A stretch of 45,018 nt of DNA from Methanomassiliicoccales archaeon. Its GTDB lineage: Archaea; Thermoplasmatota; Thermoplasmata; GCA-020350865. The notes below the pieces were generated by a model. That model did no database searches, was not told the origin of the DNA, and saw only the letters and a program-made list of their open reading frames with translations. The stretch spans positions 2,446,834-2,491,851 of the forward strand of contig CP070739.1 in assembly GCA_020347705.1 (NCBI GenBank). Direction: 5' to 3'. A program made the position numbers and the translations under genes. Shown one piece after another: positions 42,764 to 45,018 of this stretch (position 1 is its first letter; each line of letters starts with the position of its first letter).

Positions 42764-43096
42764 TCAATCCCCGAATATTAAACCTACGCCCTGAGCAACG
42801 TCGCTTTCTTCATTTTTAATTTTATTGTATATACTCTTGGCTTCGGCTTCATCCTCTTTTTTCCCTGCATCCTTAAAGAGCTCCTCGGCCTTTTTTATCG
42901 CTTCATCAGAACCTTCGATGAGAACATACCTCACATCCTTATCGATGCTCAAGGCCTGTGCATCCCTAATAAAAATGCTTTGCCTGCTTATGAGGTCGTC
43001 CTTTAAAATTTTATTGATCTTGCTAGCCTGAGATTTGTCCACACTGAATATGGCGTAATTCATACCAATCCCGCACATGAATAGCGAATCTAGCAT
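42764..43096 (-). CDS. Small hypothetical protein with ribosomal-stalk-like acidic C-terminal tail
   Basis: It is 99-110 aa, with the start ambiguous between ATG 43096 and ATG 43063. The C-terminus is ...NEESDVAQGVGLIFGD. Confidence 0.5.
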   Translation of the reverse strand: MLDSLFMCGIGMNYAIFSVDKSQASKINKILKDDLISRQSIFIRDAQALSIDKDVRYVLIEGSDEAIKKAEELFKDAGKKEDEAEAKSIYNKIKNEESDVAQGVGLIFGD

Positions 43097-43264
43097 TTAA
43101 AAGCTATGGTCAGGGATGTGGTGGAGGATGTGGTCAGGGCAAATAAATATATAGTTCTCTTTACATTGTTTATCTTGCTTTGGAAATATCATATATTACT
43201 TGATATGACACTCGTTTCAAATACCGCGAATATAATTTCGCATTTAGACTGCAGGTGGGCTATA

Positions 43265-45018
43265 ATGAATAAAATGATGTCCTTGTTGATTACGAGTATG
43301 TTAATCTCGGTCACCCTTTATGGACTGACTTATGAGGGTTTTATACTTAACGCTTCAGCACAAGGCTCTTGGGAAAAGGTCTCATCCATATCCAAGACGG
43401 TTGAAATCCCACCAGGTGAAGAGTACTTCGCTTATTTTGATAGGGACACAGGCTCCATAGTCGAGATGATGTTGCCGTCCCTTGAAGCTGGCCTCAGCCA
43501 AAAGGCAAGGGATGCCTTAATCCAGGTCCCAGGATGGCTGTATTGGGACCTGGCTAAGAAATTCGCCGAGTTAGGTGATACAACGATAGATGTCGGGGAT
43601 TTCGCAACTCCTATTTATGCGGACATGGATGCAGATGGAGATTTAGACCTATCAATCGGTTCCCAGGAGGGAACACTTTACTATTACGAAAATGTAGGTA
43701 CCCGAAGCAGACCGATATATATTATAGATAATGATATGTACTCATATATATGTGAAGAATGGTGCTCAGATAAATTAAAAACAGCATTGGCAATCGCGGA
43801 TTTGGATGCAGATGGGGACAATGACCTCATTATAGGATATGATCTTGGTCTGCTTTATTACTTCGAGAACATTGGTACACCGACACAAGCGGTATGGGGC
43901 CCCAATGAAATGCTAATGGGCCCTGGGGCCGGTATTGGCAACAGCCATCCTGCTCTGGCAGATCTTGATGATGACGGCGATTTCGATATGGCAGTGGGAG
44001 GGGCTGACGGTTATATAAATTTCTATGTGAATATAGGCAGTCCGGAATCAGCGGAATGGCAGGCTTCTTATAGAATGTATACAGGTGAAGAGGATGACAG
44101 ACCCATAACCTTCGGTGATATGGACGATGACGGTGATTTTGATCTGACAGTGGGAGATGGGGATTTTGCCACTCTGTATTACTATCGGAACATCGGTGAT
44201 CCTGAGCAAGAGATTTGGGCAGAAGATGCCACGATGTACAACGGGGTAAGTCCTGAGTACGGGACATCACCTGCCATTGCAGATTTAAACGGCGATCATA
44301 GACTGGATATTGTTGTTGGTGGTTTCTCAGGCAGGTTGTACTCCTATAAAAATATCGGTACCGCTTCAAACGCTGAATGGGTCATTTGGAGCTTTTACCA
44401 GGTTGCCGAGGGCTACATGTATTATCCAAAGGAGGTTTTACTGAGTTATCTAGCAGATTATCATATGGATAGATATGCTGATCTCATTTTAGATGCGTCT
44501 TCGCAATTCAAGGACGAGATCGGATTTGCCATAGCACACACCCCTTCCGAGAATCTAAAAGCCATGGGCAATAATCAGATACAACTTTTTGTGGATAACG
44601 CCGAATTGATATACGAGATCGACCAATATTTGGATTACGTCGAGGTGGTTGAGAAAGAGGACTATACCACGACAAGGTATAGATTCGGAGAACCGGGTAA
44701 TATAATTTTCAGGGAACTTCCAAGGGACATCTATTATTGGTATATCGTGCACCCGAAGATCACGGACGAGAATGTATTTTATATTCACCCCGACGACTCC
44801 GACCCGAACCATCCCACAGACCCGGCCCAGGGAGGCAGATTCTGGCGGGAGTATCTATTCTATCACTCAGATTCCTCTTATCCTCCTGATAACAGCGGCG
44901 CACCCGATGATGGTGTGGATGACTATCCCCAGGATATAAGTCCACCCCTTTTAAAGGATGTGTTAAGTGGAATTACAACACTCTGGAACGGCACAACACA
45001 TTTTGCACCGGGAGGAAG
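43265..45018 (+). CDS. Secreted FG-GAP/VCBS-repeat (integrin-alpha-like beta-propeller) protein, 3-prime end beyond window
   Basis: Hand translation from ATG 43265 (MNKMMSLLITSMLISVTLYG...) finds no stop through 45018. There are at least 6 repeats of the type ADxDxDGDxDLxxG...LYYYxNxG. It is not in the ORF track, presumably because it lacks a stop. Confidence 0.75.
   Translation, partial: MNKMMSLLITSMLISVTLYGLTYEGFILNASAQGSWEKVSSISKTVEIPPGEEYFAYFDRDTGSIVEMMLPSLEAGLSQKARDALIQVPGWLYWDLAKKFAELGDTTIDVGDFATPIYADMDADGDLDLSIGSQEGTLYYYENVGTRSRPIYIIDNDMYSYICEEWCSDKLKTALAIADLDADGDNDLIIGYDLGLLYYFENIGTPTQAVWGPNEMLMGPGAGIGNSHPALADLDDDGDFDMAVGGADGYINFYVNIGSPESAEWQASYRMYTGEEDDRPITFGDMDDDGDFDLTVGDGDFATLYYYRNIGDPEQEIWAEDATMYNGVSPEYGTSPAIADLNGDHRLDIVVGGFSGRLYSYKNIGTASNAEWVIWSFYQVAEGYMYYPKEVLLSYLADYHMDRYADLILDASSQFKDEIGFAIAHTPSENLKAMGNNQIQLFVDNAELIYEIDQYLDYVEVVEKEDYTTTRYRFGEPGNIIFRELPRDIYYWYIVHPKITDENVFYIHPDDSDPNHPTDPAQGGRFWREYLFYHSDSSYPPDNSGAPDDGVDDYPQDISPPLLKDVLSGITTLWNGTTHFAPGG

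Noticed and set aside
42764-43096. Annotating the small protein simply as ribosomal stalk protein aP1 (L12)
   Set aside because: The N-terminal region does not resemble the MEYIYAALLL-type aP1 dimerisation domain. The Ala/Pro hinge is missing, and the gene is not in an L11-L1-L10-L12 context. Only the tail matches.
43110-43141. GGTCAGGG-ATGTGGTGGAGGATGT-GGTCAGGG short direct repeats upstream of the FG-GAP gene
   Set aside because: This is a single occurrence of 8-9-nt repeats in a divergent promoter region. There are no further copies in the window, so support for any call is insufficient.
1-45018. Mobile elements, prophage, defence systems (restriction-modification, toxin-antitoxin, CRISPR-Cas)
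   Set aside because: I recognised no transposase, integrase, recombinase, terminal inverted repeats, nuclease/methylase motifs or cas-like genes. The KaiC-like ATPase next to PCNA lacks partner genes typical of defence ATPases.

Overview
This is an archaeal chromosomal segment. Protein similarities (for example the PsmA N-terminus [30 protein letters not shown]), GGAGG-type ribosome-binding sites and A/T-rich TATA-like boxes suggest a euryarchaeon, plausibly Thermoplasmata-related; the lineage is inference. nt 1-16.8k is mostly housekeeping. It holds the conserved exosome superoperon: a Pop5 fragment, psmA, SBDS, rrp4, rrp41, rrp42, rpl37ae and a 44-aa rpoP that is missing from the ORF track. 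It also holds a 4xCBS protein with an HPF/RaiA-like C-terminal domain, an HDAC-family deacylase, and a CarCDE-like acyl-CoA dehydrogenase/EtfB/ferredoxin-EtfA operon. The rest is a coiled-coil protein, CoA biosynthesis genes (coaBC, pantoate kinase) packed against fibrillarin, and an NAD-dependent epimerase. From ~14.2k to the window end the content is a cell-envelope/accessory region. Its surface proteins are a 1483-aa adhesin-like protein (TIGR03790-like + CARDB + 2 PKD + 6 cadherin-like repeats + TM + poly-Pro tail), a transglutaminase-like lipoprotein, a DUF2341/LamG protein, a 709-aa beta-helix protein and an open-ended FG-GAP protein that is also missing from the ORF track. It also contains a Ras-superfamily small GTPase divergently paired with a tail-anchored coiled-coil protein, and a GlmU-like/GlmS/PelF-like/12-TM module that looks like a Pel-type exopolysaccharide synthase. 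PCNA, a KaiC-like ATPase and a small protein with a ribosomal-stalk-like tail lie between the giant ORF described next and the FG-GAP gene at the window end. The most unusual item is a 1578-codon ORF: 12 tandem Ig-like repeats (309/312-bp DNA units of two interleaved subtypes) joined through a membrane segment to a tandem winged-helix module. An orphan promoter-plus-structured-RNA candidate lies at 22.6k. I recognised no rRNA, tRNA, CRISPR array, transposase or integrase. All family calls come from reading motifs by eye; no searches were run.
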